Shown piece after piece: positions 41,601 to 54,599 of a stretch of DNA of 60,645 bases (positions within the stretch are counted from its first letter, which is position 1; each line of letters begins with the position of its first letter). The DNA lies in NCBI RefSeq assembly GCF_001194135.2, contig NC_068981.1, positions 76,067,087 to 76,127,731 of the forward strand, given 5' to 3'. This DNA comes from Octopus bimaculoides. Its lineage: Eukaryota. The position numbers and the translations under genes were made by a program. Under the pieces are notes generated by a model. That model searched no databases. It saw only the letters and a list, made by a program, of their open reading frames with translations, and was not told where the DNA came from.

Positions 41601-42329
41601 AATTCGTCGCATATTTCTTCAACGCTTTCTTTCTATTCATAATTATTCCTGAGTAATATTGAAATTCAATACAATCGAGTAAAGCAAACAAATATTCTGA
41701 CATAGAATACTAAAGTTTAGGAGACGCCGGTATAAAGATTTTTCTTTAATATTTTTATAGAACTTTTCAGTTATTTAGTGTGATATAATTTTTAATTATA
41801 CTCTATCATATTAAGTTGCACATATTTTGCTATAGTTGGGATAAATATTGACTGTTTATTAAAGATAACTTTTTTGTAAGGGAATTTGTGAAAGATGTCA
41901 TCGTAGTAGCTATTATTATACTGATGCTATTATATTACATGTGTATATTTCCAACGGCTTTCAAATAATTCTCATAAATATATCTATATTGAGAAAGCAA
42001 TTCCACTGGGCAGTGTTCTATCACTACGCAAACATCTATAGAATTTGGTTCAATATGGACACCATACGTCATTTTCTGTTATCACAGTAGTCACTCAGTT
42101 TTATTTTTCCATTTCTCGACAGTATTTCTCTAACGTTTAGCTCTGCCTAATCGCAAGTTTCAGATTAATTCTACAATTATTCATTGATAGTTCACGTTTA
42201 CATGTATATATGTATTATTCATCTCGTCAAGATTTCACCAATGCGGATTTCTTACCACTGTAGCTCAGTAACTCAGTTTCCTAACTACAATTTCTATCAA
42301 CTATTTAAGCATGGGACATGAGATACATT

Positions 42330-42830
42330 TATCTTTTAAACTGCTCTCTCTCTCTGGGTCATCACCTCTTTCTTTTTACTTGCACTATTCGTGATAGATA
42401 CACCAACAAAATATTTTCAGTGAGTAAAACGAAATTACCTTCGTGCAACTCACACTCAGTAAGTTCATCCACTGTCCTAATTGCAGTATAAAATGTCCAT
42501 CAGGTCACTGCAGTATTTTCTTTTTTACCAACTCTGAGCCATCAGGCTTAACAGCTTTCCTTCTGGTAAAAGTTATAAATCATTACCCGATTCAATTGAA
42601 AACGGAAACTGCATTCACTTGATAATCTTCAGCCAAGTCTCTTTTACAATGGAAAATCCTCAACGTCATCTATGCTACGGTTTTACAGTTAACCCCTGTA
42701 AGAAGTGGACATGTATTGCATGCTCGTATGATACACTACTTCAAAAGGAGCTCCTATACTAGCCAAACTCAAGAATCTCTTCCCTCTGGTCTCTCTTTCT
42801 TTGTAAGAAAGCACACTGTAGATTGTCAGC
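42330..42830 (-). mobile_element. Possible highly decayed RTE-like RT remnant
   Basis: Minus-strand fragments resemble YRG(I/L)xL, ECSFR (cf. QxGFR) and ELHEG (cf. GLHQG) in the expected order. Weak. Confidence 0.3.
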
Positions 42831-42936
42831 TATATACTCGGCACAAACATATCCTTCGGAATTTCAACAGCTCAAAAGTAATTACAACATTGTTTAGACA
42901 GTAATGAGCTAATATTTTAATGAATTTCCAGTCGGA

Positions 42937-42972
<36 letters not shown>

Positions 42973-43239
42973 NNNNNNNNNNNNNNNNNNNNNNNNNNNN
43001 NNNNNNNNNNNNNNNNNNNNNNNNNNNNNNNNNNNNNNNNNNNNNNNNNNNNNNNNNNNNNNNNNNNNNNNNNNNNNNNNNNNNNNNNNNNNNNNNNNNN
43101 NNNNNNNNNNNNNNNNNNNNNNNNNNNNNNNNNNNNNNNNNNNNNNNNNNNNNNNNNNNNNNNNNNNNNNNNNNNNNNNNNNNNNNNNNNNNNNNNNNNN
43201 NNNNNNNNNNNNNNNNNNNNNNNNNNNNNNNNNNNNNNN

Positions 43240-43275
<36 letters not shown>

Positions 43276-45296
43276 CGTGGTTTATATAGATCAGTTGTAA
43301 TCAACGGTAAATTTGCGACAATGGAATATGGAATAGAACTGTACTCAGATTATTTAACAATGCTCGATGCCCATAAATAGTCCGTGCTGTTTCTGACATG
43401 TTAGGTTAGAAGGGTAACCAAGTGAGTGTTAGTGAATCTCATCTCACGCCACAGGACCAATAACCAGGCCAACCATCTAACTAACCACATGCTGATGCAG
43501 AACACGTCGAATGTATTTTAAAGGATATTTACCATCATTCCTTTTATGCTGCACACACGAAATTTATACTTATGAAGGAAGAATCTTTAGTTAGAAGAAA
43601 TAATACCTTTTCTATTACAGCTAATTAATGAACATTGAAATTTTTGCCAAAAATCCGAACTTAAAAATAACCGGTTTAATATTTTTCAAAATATTATTTC
43701 AAGGCAAGATGGCAGTGACTTTATGAAAACAAAATGAAGACAATAAAAGAAGACTAATGCTTTTAAATAATATTTCAATACTTCGGATTTAAAATTCGTT
43801 GTCAAGCAGAAAATGAAGATTGATCTATCGGCGGTGAGGTGGTGCTTTGCAGCATGGGCAGTGTGGTTACTTTGTATCAGCCATGTAACAAAGAGCTGAT
43901 CTTCACTTATTAAGGAAAAAATCAAATTTGATAATAAAGGTAGCCACTTAATCATTATATTTCGAAATTTCTGTTTTTTGGCTTCAATGAAGATTGTGCT
44001 GCCCAACTTCTGACACATTTCCAGATGTTTTTCAAGCTACGAAGCAAATTTGCACATATTCTTTATGATAGTTTAAGAACGCTATTTCCAGCATTAGTTC
44101 TACAACATGTATTACAGGTTATACAGCATACCATACAAAAATAGAGGTACATTCCATGCTGTTACTGATCCAGCATCGTCAGTATGCTCCATTTCGAAGT
44201 GCAAGTGGCTGTTAGTATTCAAAGAACTTTCGTATATGCTGACTGCTCACTCACAGGTAGGATTCAGCCTAAGAATGTCGTCTCCGTACATTGTACAGAA
44301 GAAGCTAAGTGCACCAGTTCATACATTTGATGGCTAGTGCTAGCGATAGATTTGACATAAGTCGTAGCAGTACTTGTTCATATATAAATACCAAAACACA
44401 TGTCCTTTGTTTTTCACAACAATGCACAAAAGTTGATGAATATCTGAACATATGATGCTGAATTATTGTAGATTGAAAAAAAAAATGGGTGCTCCAAGCC
44501 ATATTTTTGACGATGAGGAGAGAAAGTATAGAAGACTAAACAATTAGGCTAAAGACGTTTCTATTATAGTTAAGCGTGATACGTTTAAGACTACTGAATT
44601 TGCTTTTAAAGCCTTTGATTCTGTTGTCATCATATCCAAGAACGTAAGAAGTGATGGTTTTAGATTATTGGATATTTGATATTCAAGTCATTGCATCGAA
44701 TTTGTAATTTGGTTTCAAGTTCGGTTTTATAATCCTGGGAAAATTTCAGTTAGATTTATTTATGAATCTTCTGACAAATATTCAACCAATTATATATATT
44801 TATTTTAGCTGACAAAGAGTGATTTCGGTGGCGTTCTAATATAATCTAATATAATGTATCATTGTTTGTGAGTCCAAACGTTAGCTGATCTTGTGAATGA
44901 AGCAGAAACTTTCTCGTTGCCTGGAGGTAGACAAAGTGTAATGAATGCCGGAAGTACTTTGTAAACAGCACATCCGTGTTAAAAATGATATGTTCACATA
45001 TGGAAGCATATAAAGTCCAGGACAATACAGTGTGAAGCAGGACTAAAGAAAGGAATGTTTTAATTTGTAAACTTTTGATAAACTCAGTAGATACAAGAGT
45101 TGCAGAACACTAATTAATAGACGATGGCTACTGTGCGTATGTCACATTCCACTTCTGTATGAAAGTACAGAATAGATCTTAGGTCACAATATTTTTTCTA
45201 GAAATATGATTTTAATTGTGATGTACCGAAATATAATATACATACATAAATGCACACACATGTGTGCATGCATATATGCATATCATATTTCAGTAC

Positions 45297-45334
<38 letters not shown>

Positions 45335-45335
45335 A

Positions 45336-45372
<37 letters not shown>

Positions 45373-45900
45373 NNNNNNNNNNNNNNNNNNNNNNNNNNNN
45401 NNNNNNNNNNNNNNNNNNNNNNNNNNNNNNNNNNNNNNNNNNNNNNNNNNNNNNNNNNNNNNNNNNNNNNNNNNNNNNNNNNNNNNNNNNNNNNNNNNNN
45501 NNNNNNNNNNNNNNNNNNNNNNNNNNNNNNNNNNNNNNNNNNNNNNNNNNNNNNNNNNNNNNNNNNNNNNNNNNNNNNNNNNNNNNNNNNNNNNNNNNNN
45601 NNNNNNNNNNNTTTTATTTCCATGTTACAGAAAATAACAATCACTATTCTATAATTTCTGCAAAACTTCATTCTTGCTAACATACATGGGTGCATGTATG
45701 CATGCATACACACATACATACATACATACATATATACATACATACATACATACATGCATACATACATACACACGCATACATACATGCATGCATACATACA
45801 TACATACATACATACATACATACATACGTACATAGAGACATATACATATATACGCATACTAGTACACAAGCGCACACGTTGATACATAAGTACACATATG

Positions 45901-46105
45901 AACGCGGCCCAGTGGTTAGCGTATGCGGCTTATGACTTGAAAGTTGAGTTCCATTTTTGGAGTTAGTAGAGCCTTGAGCAAAGTACTTCATTTCAAATGG
46001 TTCCAGTGTTCTGTGCATTAAACTAATACCGACCAGATGCTGTGCCAGTACTCGCGCCATCCAGCTCTCTCATTCTGGATAAGCCTTTGTGTCAATGATG
46101 GGCAG
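45901..46105 (+). mobile_element. Degenerate tRNA-headed SINE (family C-like)
   Basis: gcggcccagtggttagcg head, then gagccttgagcaaagtactt (CORE-like motif). Confidence 0.45.
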
Positions 46106-47939
46106 GCGGAGGCTAGCACGAGTCTGTTTGCTCATATCTACATAGACACTAAAAGTATTAATGAACAATTAACGAAAGCCTGTTATCTATTAAGAACCTA
46201 AATGCGCATATTTTTGAATTACAATCTCATGTACCGAGTATTTCTATCTACCATAAGTATTTAATTGGGCGTCATGTATTCAAATAAAAGTATTGATAAA
46301 TTCGCCTTACAATTTTACAAATTTTATTTCCAACTTCTTGAAATTTCCAATTGCTTGAAATTTCTAAAGCTACGAAATCGATGTACTATTTACAAGAAGG
46401 AAATATATGTGATCTCCCAAGCATGAATATTGAATAACAATACTACTTACATTAGTAATTGACCTCTTCACAAAAGGGAATTGCATACTTACCCTTGAAT
46501 TCTTTGGTTCAGTGAAATTCCGATTATCACAGCACAGCCCACTGCAACGGCATCAACCGGCCATTCTATTCGAGCTGTGTTTTTCTGAAAACTCGACCGT
46601 GTTCACTTTGTCGCTCAATGGTTCATTCACTTCAGAATATTACGTCAGCGTTACTGCCTATGAAGAACTCATTCTATATATATATATATATATNNNNNNN
46701 NNNNNNNNNNNNNNNNNNNNNNNNNNNNNNNNNNNNNNNNNNNNNNNNNNNNNNNNNNNNNNNNNNNNNNNNNNNNNNNNNNNNNNNNNNNNNNNNNNNN
46801 NNNNNNNNNNNNNNNNNNNNNNNNNNNNNNNNNNNNNNNNNNNNNNNNNNNNNNNNNNNNNNNNNNNNNNNNNNNNNNNNNNNNNNNNNNNNNNNNNNNN
46901 NNNNNNNNNNNNNNNNNNNNNNNNNNNNNNNNNNNNNNNNNNNNNNNNNNNNNNNNNNNNNNNNNNNNNNNNNNNNNNNNNNNNNNNNNNNNNNNNNNNN
47001 NNNNNNNNNNNNNNNNNNNNNNNNNNNNNNNNNNNNNNNNNNNNNNNNNNNNNNNNNNNNNNNNNNNNNNNNNNNNNNNNNNNNNNNNNNNNNNNNNNNN
47101 NNCATGATGTACTTAATCGAACAGTTCTTGATTGAACTTTTGAGGTACTATCACCTCGTGATCTAAATAACATATTAAGCTGCTCTTCAGCCCAGGATGC
47201 TTTGTTTGATGCACACTTTGGCTGTATATATATATATATATATATATATTATCCGTCTGCATTGCATGTCCTGATCAAAGTATCTGATAAGACTATTGGG
47301 AATATTATATTGTATGACTGAGGATTTATGCACATAGCAGGTAAGAAATTCAACGAAATATAAAGAACAACGTTCTTAAATGTATTCACAAGAAATAACC
47401 GTTTCAACTGATTTTTACTGGGCTAATGAAAGGGTTTAGAAAAGCCACATTTTCAAGTTACAACATCGAATATTTTCTGTAGTAGCCATCATACCTCTTA
47501 CTGCTATACGATATACATTCAACAGTATAAACATACAATGTTTACATATCTGTAGTTAGCTAAATGCAGATCTATAATTATTGTATGAGAGGATTATTAT
47601 ACTATATTAACAGTACTAATTACATATCAGAGAATTAAAAAAATTGTGGATGTTGTCTTATAAATACTGATTTATTGAACGACTCAAAATATACGCTTTT
47701 ACGGACAACAGTAGCATTAGTCACTTATCAGTTTCTTAAAAGACAATCAGAAATATTTCTGTTTTGTTTTTCTTTTTGTTTTCTTTATTCACTAGACTAT
47801 GATTAAAATTATGCTTGGATGAGAACTGATTAGAGTTAGTGGATAATTAAGAGACACAGTGATCGAAAGACTTAATTTTTGTGGACACAGTTGTGTTAGT
47901 AATTATTTTTACTCACAGTGAGAATATAAGTATTAATAT

Positions 47940-48075
47940 CAAATTTTGGCACTTAGCTAGCAATTGTGAGTGGAGGAGATTGTTGATATCATCAGCACCA
48001 GTACTTGACTGGTACTTTTTTTTTTATCGACGTTTAAAGGTCAACAGGCAAAATTAACCTCAGTGCTATTTGAGC
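47940..48075 (-). mobile_element. Highly degenerate SINE family A remnant
   Basis: gactggtactttttttttatcgac...aggcaaaattaacctcagtg resembles the family A core. Confidence 0.5.
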
Positions 48076-48231
48076 AATTATCGCAAAAAATATAAATAAT
48101 ATATATATTTATTTCGAATGTCACACCATTTAGATGTGAGACAATGCGACAGTCTAAATCCGAATATGTATATATTATGTATCATTTATCAAATGTTTTT
48201 ATGCTCATACATTAATTTACACACACACAAA

Positions 48232-48859
48232 GGCGGCGAGCTGGCAGAAACGTTAGCACGCCAGGCGAAATGCTTAGCAGTATTTAGTCTCCCGCTATGT
48301 TCCGAGTTCAAATTCCGCCGAGGTCGACTTCGCCTTTCATCCTTTCGGAGTCGATTAAATAAGTACCAGTTACACACTGGGTCTATATAATCGACTTAAT
48401 CCGTTTGTCTGTCCTTGTTTGTCCCCTCTGTGTGTAGCCCCTTGCGGGCAGTAACGAAATAAGAAACGTTAGCACGCCGGGCGAAATGCTTAGCGGTATT
48501 TACGTTCCGAGTTCAAATTCCGCTAAGGTGGACTTTGCCTTTCATCCTTTCGGGGTCGATAAATTAAGTACTATTTACGCATTAGGGTCGATGTAATCGA
48601 CTTAATCCCTTTGTCTGCCCTTGTTTGTACCCTCTATGTTTAGTCCCTTGAGGGCAATAAAGAAATAAGAAACGTTAGCACACTGGGCGAAATGGGTCAC
48701 AATATTTTGTTTTCTTTACGTTCTGAGTTCAAATTCCGCTGTGGTCAACTTTCCTTTCCAGGGTCGATATATTAAGTACTAGTTACGTACTGGGGTGGAC
48801 GTAATCGACTGGCCCCCTCCCCAAAAATTTCAGGCCTTGTGCCTAGAATAGAAAAGAAG
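48232..48859 (+). mobile_element. SINE family A head-to-tail trimer inside one 13-bp direct repeat
   Basis: Units 48232-48462, 48463-48668 and 48669-48859. aatttacacacac at 48214-48226 and 48860-48872. Confidence 0.88.
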
Positions 48860-49237
48860 AATTTACACACACGCGCACGTATAGACGCAGGCATCTCTTT
48901 TACATTTAATGATATACAGTTTAACGAATATTTGATTTTTATACCTAAGTGTATTGTCTGCTGAAGATAAGGCAGGATGGTTGCTGGTTGATGATACCTA
49001 TCGATGCAGAAACGCGTGTGGCAGTTGATCACTTGTTTTCAAACAATGAGAGTACCTCTCCCTCAATGATATGGCAGGTTTGAAGAATTCACAAGTTTTG
49101 GCATTATCGTCTCTTCCCATATGTATTTGGTCCCAATTGGTATCCCATAATTGTTCAACATCTCTTGAATGGGAGAGAATTTTAATAAATCAAGAATTCA
49201 CCATGCATGCTGTATATATATACATATATATGTACAT

Positions 49238-49483
49238 AATCATAAATATACAGGGATTAGCAGGAGCCTGCTTCTCCAACATACTGAGAATTCAGAAATA
49301 GCAGTCAAAGAACTACTGATTCCAAACTACAAATGTTTTCTCTAACGGATGGCGATATTTATGGCACTGTTTTTTGTTCTGTGTGTGCCATAAATATCGC
49401 CATCCGTTAGAGAAAAAATTTGTAGTTTGGAATCAGTAGTTCTTTGACTGCTATTTCTGAATTCTCAGTATGTTGGAGAAGCA
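49238..49483. repeat. Palindromic foldback element: 99-nt arms with a 17-nt spacer
   Basis: Arms 49269-49367 and 49385-49483 are reverse complements with one mismatch. The right arm stops at gap 49484. Confidence 0.9.
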
Positions 49484-51633
49484 NNNNNNNNNNNNNNNNN
49501 NNNNNNNNNNNNNNNNNNNNNNNNNNNNNNNNNNNNNNNNNNNNNNNNNNNNNNNNNNNNNNNNNNNNNNNNNNNNNNNNNNNNNNNNNNNNNNNNNNNN
49601 NNNNNNNNNNNNNNNNNNNNNNNNNNNNNNNNNNNNNNNNNNNNNNNNNNNNNNNNNNNNNNNNNNNNNNNNNNNNNNNNNNNNNNNNNNNNNNNNNNNN
49701 NNNNNNNNNNNNNNNNNNNNNNNNNNNNNNNNNNNNNNNNNNNNNNNNNNNNNNNNNNNNNNNTATATATATACGAGTGTGTATATTTATGTCTGTATAT
49801 ATATATATGTATGCATGTGTGTATATACGTGAGTGTGTGTATGCGCGCGCGTGTGTGCATGCGTATAATGTATGTATTGAGTATTTACAAGAAGCTGGTT
49901 GACAGTTACTTCGAAGTTTTGGTCTGCTAATATTCGTGGGACTGTCGCATGAAGACTGGTAGGGCTAGGCCTAAACGTTGAAATCACTGTCACATCTCTT
50001 GTAAAAATATAAGAAACATACACTTGACTAGACAGTATTGAATAATTTTCAGTTTAATGTGAAATTGTTTTTGCTTATGATTTGGTATAACAAAAACTAA
50101 TGATATACGCGTGCGTGCGAGTATATGTATTTGAATTTTCCACGTATTTAAGGAAGTATATGGAGATTTCATTTCTTTATTCACTAGTTCATTAACGAGA
50201 CGAATAATAAAATGAATAGTCAGAATAAACTTCCCATGATAATGTATTGAACATTAAGTCTATTTCCTCATTGAATATATTGTTCTTGAATGTATAAACA
50301 GAAGAAAGACATAGAAAAGAACGAATATTGATTTCTATATTAGGCAGAAATCAACAGATTTTATTGGAATCGTCTATTATCTAAACTCAAGTAATTCATT
50401 GGGACATACTTTATCGTTCCCGAGGTTACAAATTACGAAAGTCGAACTCGGCAGAATTCGAACTGGGAACAATAAGAGAAGCAAAATACTACAATTATGT
50501 TATCTAGTTTTTGAGCATCGCTGATTTCCACCTCTCTAATATTTCGAATAAAATGTATTAATTGAAAGAGTGATATATATGCATAAATAATATTTCTTAC
50601 ATAAAGCTGCGTATAAGTAGTCACGTATTTGAAAAGTAAAGAGCGAGCACTATAATGCTATATGGCTAGTTAGCGATAACTCAAAAAACATTCTTTATAT
50701 CATATCCCATGTATTAAATATATTAAGCGAATATAGAGTAATGTGAATAGGAAACACTACGACAGTAAGTTATGACAAGAATATTCACTGCTAGTATGCG
50801 TTGGTATCAGATACATGACCTGTAGAATATGGCGTGTGCTAGACAACAAAGCAAATAAGATGTGTTTCTTCAAATTATATATAAAGTCAGATGTGCAACC
50901 AGCAATAGATCTGAGATAGAGAAATGAATATATATATATATATATATACAAACACAGATAGATATATGCACGTGTCTGACCGTTAGTGTATATTCGTATA
51001 TGCATAACCAAGAGAAAAACAATTTGATACATTACACACTGATTCAGCGTAAACCATTTATATCATTTATAAACCCAGTCTCTAACTAAAATGTTTGACC
51101 GTCGGCAACTCAGCCAAATTCTTTTCAAGTGGGCCTTCAGCACATCTTTATTTTAAAGCACTTATTATTATTATTATTATTATTTAATTAAAAACATCTT
51201 TTGTATGTGTATATGAAATCTAATGAAATACTGCATACTAATTTGACGCCGAGAGACATAAAGTCCAACTTGCTAAAATTAATCTTACAGAATCTATAAA
51301 TAAAATTTCCATAAAAAAATGTTTAAATTAGTTCAGTAATGCATTTTCGTTTGCAAACCTTGCTATGCTTCAGAGTATTGTATACATCATATAGAACAGA
51401 GACAATTACAAAAGCCAGTTGAATATTTTGAATATTTTAGTTAGCACCCCGAAGGTCAGTTATATATAAGTTTCTCATAAGATCTATGAAACTCTTTACT
51501 GTAGGATACTGGAGTTCAATAATTGAGAAATTATTCTAAAAAATATCAATATTAAGTATCAGCCAGTAACGATTTGCAAGTAGTAAGTCTACCTACCTAA
51601 CTACCAACCTACATATCTACATAATGTGTGTTA

Positions 51634-51999
51634 GCACTCCGTCGCTTACGACGTCGAGGGTTCCAGTTGATCCGATCAACGGAACGTGAAATTAACGTGC
51701 AAGTGGCTGTGCAGTACACAGACACGTGTACCCTTAACGTAGTTCTCGGGGATATTCAGCGTGACACAGTGTGACAAGGCTGACCCTTTGAATTACAGGC
51801 ACAACAGAAACAGGAAGAAAGAGTGAGAGAAAGTTGTGGAGAAAGACTACAGCAGGGTTCGCCACCATCCCCTGCCGGAGCCGAGTGGAGCTTTATGTGT
51901 TTTCGCTCAATAAACACTCACAACGCCCGGTCTGGGAATCGAAACTGCGATCCTATGACCGCGAGTCTACTGCCCTAACCACTGGGCCATTGCGCCTCC
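51634..51999 (-). mobile_element. SINE family B copy
   Basis: Reverse complement of 33665-34040 over the full length, with a small deletion. Confidence 0.88.
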
Positions 52000-52053
52000 A
52001 CATCTACTTAATACATAAATACTTATGTACAAATGTGTGTGTGTGTGTGTGTA

Positions 52054-52085
<32 letters not shown>

Positions 52086-52086
52086 T

Positions 52087-52163
<77 letters not shown>

Positions 52164-52165
<2 letters not shown>

Positions 52166-52430
52166 CATGACATAGTGGTTAGGGTGTTGCACGTACGATC
52201 GCGAGGTCGTAGATTGAATTCCTAGTCTGGGTAGTTGTGTTCTTGAGCAAAACGCTTCATCTCACATCGCTCTACAATCACTTCGACGCCTGAGGTGTGG
52301 TGCACTTTGCACCTGTTCAGGATACGTTGATTTGATGGAGGCAGTGAGTTGATGTACAGCACATATATTTAATCACTGTAAGCAAATCGTTTGAGCAAGC
52401 CGTTCGATAATTTGATGGGGGACTCCATCA
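52164..52430 (+). mobile_element. Degenerate tRNA-headed SINE (family C-like)
   Basis: catagtggttaggg...ttgaattcc head, then tgtgttcttgagcaaaacgctt. Confidence 0.5.
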
Positions 52431-52442
52431 TATAATACATAC

Positions 52443-52489
<47 letters not shown>

Positions 52490-52790
52490 NNNNNNNNNNN
52501 NNNNNNNNNNNNNNNNNNNNNNNNNNNNNNNNNNNNNNNNNNNNNNNNNNNNNNNNNNNNNNNNNNNNNNNNNNNNNNNNNNNNNNNNNNNNNNNNNNNN
52601 NNNNNNNNNNNNNNNNNNNNNNNNNNNNNNNNNNNNNNNNNNNNNNNNNNNNNNNNNNNNNNNNNNNNNNNNNNNNNNNNNNNNNNNNNNNNNNNNNNNN
52701 NNNNNNNNNNNNNNNNNNNNNNNNNNNNNNNNNNNNNNNNNNNNNNNNNNNNNNNNNNNNNNNNNNNNNNNNNNNNNNNNNNNNNNNNNN

Positions 52791-52820
<30 letters not shown>

Positions 52821-52824
<4 letters not shown>

Positions 52825-52879
52825 CATCATTGCTCATGTGAACCCCCAGGTCACGCACCGACTCTGACTCTGGAATCAT
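52821..52879 (-). mobile_element. Tiny internal fragment of the CR1/L2-like LINE
   Basis: Minus-strand translation MIPESESVRDLGVHMSNDAT matches ITIPESKSVRDLGIDMSDNT at about 21345-21405. Confidence 0.7.
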
Positions 52880-52919
52880 TTTACATTCTGGTGTTTACAC
52901 ACACAAACACACACCCACA

Positions 52920-52958
<39 letters not shown>

Positions 52959-53671
52959 TTTCACATTAGTGTTTTTTTCTTATGCACATAAATGTAGAGA
53001 TATATTCGTTCTTAGTATTGTTAGCTGCAGACTTATCTTAATTCAGCAGCCTAATGCTCTAAATGATCCATCACCTTTCAATGTTTGGTGGGTGTCTACA
53101 ATTGTATAATCTTATATAATTTTCAACGTTTTATGTGAAACAAGGGAGATTAGACTATTGTATACAGTAAATCATACTCCCACGTTGCGATATCGTATAT
53201 ATTGGCTAAATGAAAAACACTGAAATCTGACACTGGCTTCCTATAATGAAGTAAAATTACCTTCCAGTTATAGTGAATGAGGGTTGTAAAATTTACAAAT
53301 GTTAATGATAACAAAATAGCAAAAATGCGTCTAAAATCTTCGTATTCGCTTTTACTATTGTATATAGGAAATAATAAAATATTGACATATGCATATTCAT
53401 CCATTCATTCGTTCATTCATTCATTCATTTATTCATTCAGAAATATAGAGTATTTTCGGGCTAAATTTGACAGATTACATAAAAGGAAAAGAAAACATTA
53501 TATCTCATCCGAAAATAAAGATGTTTTTAAAAATAAAAAAATTACCAACTAGATTATGGCTAGGAGATAACATTTTACTCAAAGTAGCACACTCAGATTT
53601 CAGCACGCCCCAGGCGGTTCTGATACATGTGTTCCTCATTGAGCCCCTGGAAATATTTTGGAGCACTTCCA

Positions 53672-54599
53672 CCGGGGTGGTATCAAAAGGTTTCCGGACT
53701 AGTTTTGTAGTGACCCAACAGGTGGCAGCACACGGTTGCCTGCGCAATGAAAGCTAGCGGTGACCATTATAAGAGAGTGTGCGGAGAGATATCGCTGTAT
53801 TAACTTCGCAAGTTGTGAAATTTGTGTTTTTGTGGTCTCATGTACGCTGTAGTCTGCGATTTTGTCATGGACAAGAAGTTGGAACAAAGATCCAATATGA
53901 AATTCTGCGTTAAACTCGGGAAATGTGCTACAGAGATATTGAACATGCTTCGGCAAGCTTACGGCAACGACGCAATGGGTTGTGTGAAATGTTTCGAGTG
54001 GTACGGGCGTTTCAAAAGTGGAAAAACGTCCCTGGAACACGATTAGTTATCTGGAAGATCTGCCACAAGCGTCACTCATGGAAATGTGGTATTGTGCATC
54101 GAGAATTCGACCCCCAGGGACAGACCGTCAACCGAGAGTTCTACTGTGACATTTTGAAACTTTTAAAGAGGACATTCGGCGAAAGCGGCCGGATCGGTGG
54201 AGCGCAAAGAACTGAATTCTTCACGATGACAATGCATCCTGAAACTGAGCTCGCCCCACTCGTGAGTTTTTCGCCAAAAAATAACATGGTATCAGTTCCG
54301 CACCCGTCCTATTTGCCAGATTTAGAACTTGCGAACTTCTATCGCTTCCACAAGATGAAAATGAAGTTCAAAAGCCACCGCTTTAACACCGTTGCCGAGA
54401 TCCATTGCGAATCGCAGAAGGTCTTCGACTGGCTTGCAGAAAAAGACTTCCAGGCCGGATTCCAAAAGAGACTGGAACGTTGAAACCTGTGTATGGCTGC
54501 GCAAGGCGAGTATGTCGAAGGGGATGATGTTAAGACTTAGGTGAATACGTTATTATTTATTAAACATAACTAGTCCAGGAATTTTTTGATACCCCCTTG
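53672..54599 (+). mobile_element. Internally deleted mariner transposon with TIRs
   Basis: TIRs ggggtggtatcaaaaggtttccggactag (left) and ctagtccaggaattttttgataccccct (right), TA at 54600-54601. N-terminus EQRSNMKFCVKLGKCATEILNMLRQAYG...CFEWYGRFKSG. C-terminus GIVHREF, TVNREFYCDIL, PHPSYLPDLELANFY. Confidence 0.9.

Noticed and set aside
48232-48859. Regularly spaced repeats resembling a CRISPR array
   Set aside because: Units are about 200 nt and homologous along their whole length, with no unique spacers, in a eukaryotic context.
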